The notes beneath the pieces were generated by a model, which searched no databases, was not told the origin of the DNA, and saw only the letters and a list, made by a program, of their open reading frames with translations. Source: an uncultured Flavobacteriales bacterium (lineage in GTDB: Bacteria > Bacteroidota > Bacteroidia > Flavobacteriales_F > PHOS-HE28). Taken from it: a DNA stretch of 52,072 nt. The stretch lies in contig CALMYC010000019.1 of assembly GCA_937873385.1 (NCBI GenBank), positions 1 to 52,072 on the forward strand. Reading direction: 5' to 3'. Shown one piece after another: positions 51,762 to 52,072 of the stretch. A program made the position numbers and the translations under genes. Numbering within the stretch: the stretch's first letter is position 1; every line of letters begins with the position of its first letter.

Positions 51762-52072
51762 TTGGAAGTCCTCGCACACCCCCCACAGGCCGCCACCTGG
51801 TCCGCTGAACAGCGGCGTGGGGGCCGCCGCATCGGCTTTGTACCCACCATGGGTGCGTTGCATGCCGGGCATATCGCCTTGGTCCATGCCGCACGTGAAC
51901 ACTGCGACCGGGTGGTGGCCAGCATCTTCGTGAACCCGCTCCAGTTCAATGACAAAAAGGACCTCTTGCACTACCCCCGCCGCCCACTGGAGGACCGGCA
52001 CATGCTTCAAGAGGCAGGTTGCGATCTGTTGTTCATTCCGGGGGCCGAGGACTTGTTCGCGGAGTTCACCCC
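51762..52072 (+). CDS. panC: Pantoate--beta-alanine ligase; the C-terminal end runs off the window
   Basis: This frame is not in the ORF track because it has no ATG. It reads ...RRIGFVPTMGALHAGHIALVHAAREHCDRVVASIFVNPLQFN..., the PanC HIGH-like motif. The putative TTG start at 51762 is the first start-like codon after the in-frame TAG at 51753-51755. Confidence 0.8.
   Translation, partial: MEVLAHPPQAATWSAEQRRGGRRIGFVPTMGALHAGHIALVHAAREHCDRVVASIFVNPLQFNDKKDLLHYPRRPLEDRHMLQEAGCDLLFIPGAEDLFAEFT

Overview
All calls below were made by eye from the sequence and the ORF track; nothing was searched or computed by tool.

The window is a high-GC chromosome segment, about 62-67% GC in lines I counted by hand. 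It looks like Bacteroidota. The evidence is several T9SS-type C-terminal sorting domains, a MurF-Alr fusion, DUF4270/DUF4271-like genes, a short GlgA, and glmS-DUF4270-glgA-panC synteny.

Most of the window is housekeeping:
- rsmI, an M28 peptidase, tdk and murF-alr
- an LPS-core block (GT2, GT9, O-antigen-ligase-like)
- ctp(S41)-yidD-rnpA-hemD-DUF4271
- gcdH, nrdB-nrdA, glyQS, tRNA-Leu(CAA), dCMP deaminase and a second S41 peptidase
- SOD, glmS, glgA and a partial panC
- a run of three T9SS cargo genes at 8.5-15.5 kb, including an S8 peptidase

Many long ORFs in the track are antisense shadows of these GC-rich genes and were not called.

Two accessory patches flank the nrdBA operon.
- 27.6-33.0 kb: a dense REP/BIME-like repeat field around a frameshifted RAYT transposase, an intact PIN/antitoxin pair, a low-GC lipoprotein serine-protease cassette bracketed by two near-identical 84-nt hairpins, orphan ORFs, a tRNA-like element with a non-pairing anticodon stem, and an AT-rich palindrome-rich spacer.
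- 37.2-39.9 kb: a REP, a low-GC orphan gene, DUF433 with a truncated DUF5615-like partner, DUF3109, and a PIN toxin with an in-frame TGA.

The least explained signal is a family of hairpin elements whose arms are tandem 7-nt repeats. They occur at three loci: 24.15 kb, the nrdB-nrdA spacer, and upstream of glyQS. A separate 12-bp perfect inverted repeat brackets the nrdB CDS exactly.

I recognised no CRISPR array, rRNA, integrase or reverse transcriptase.
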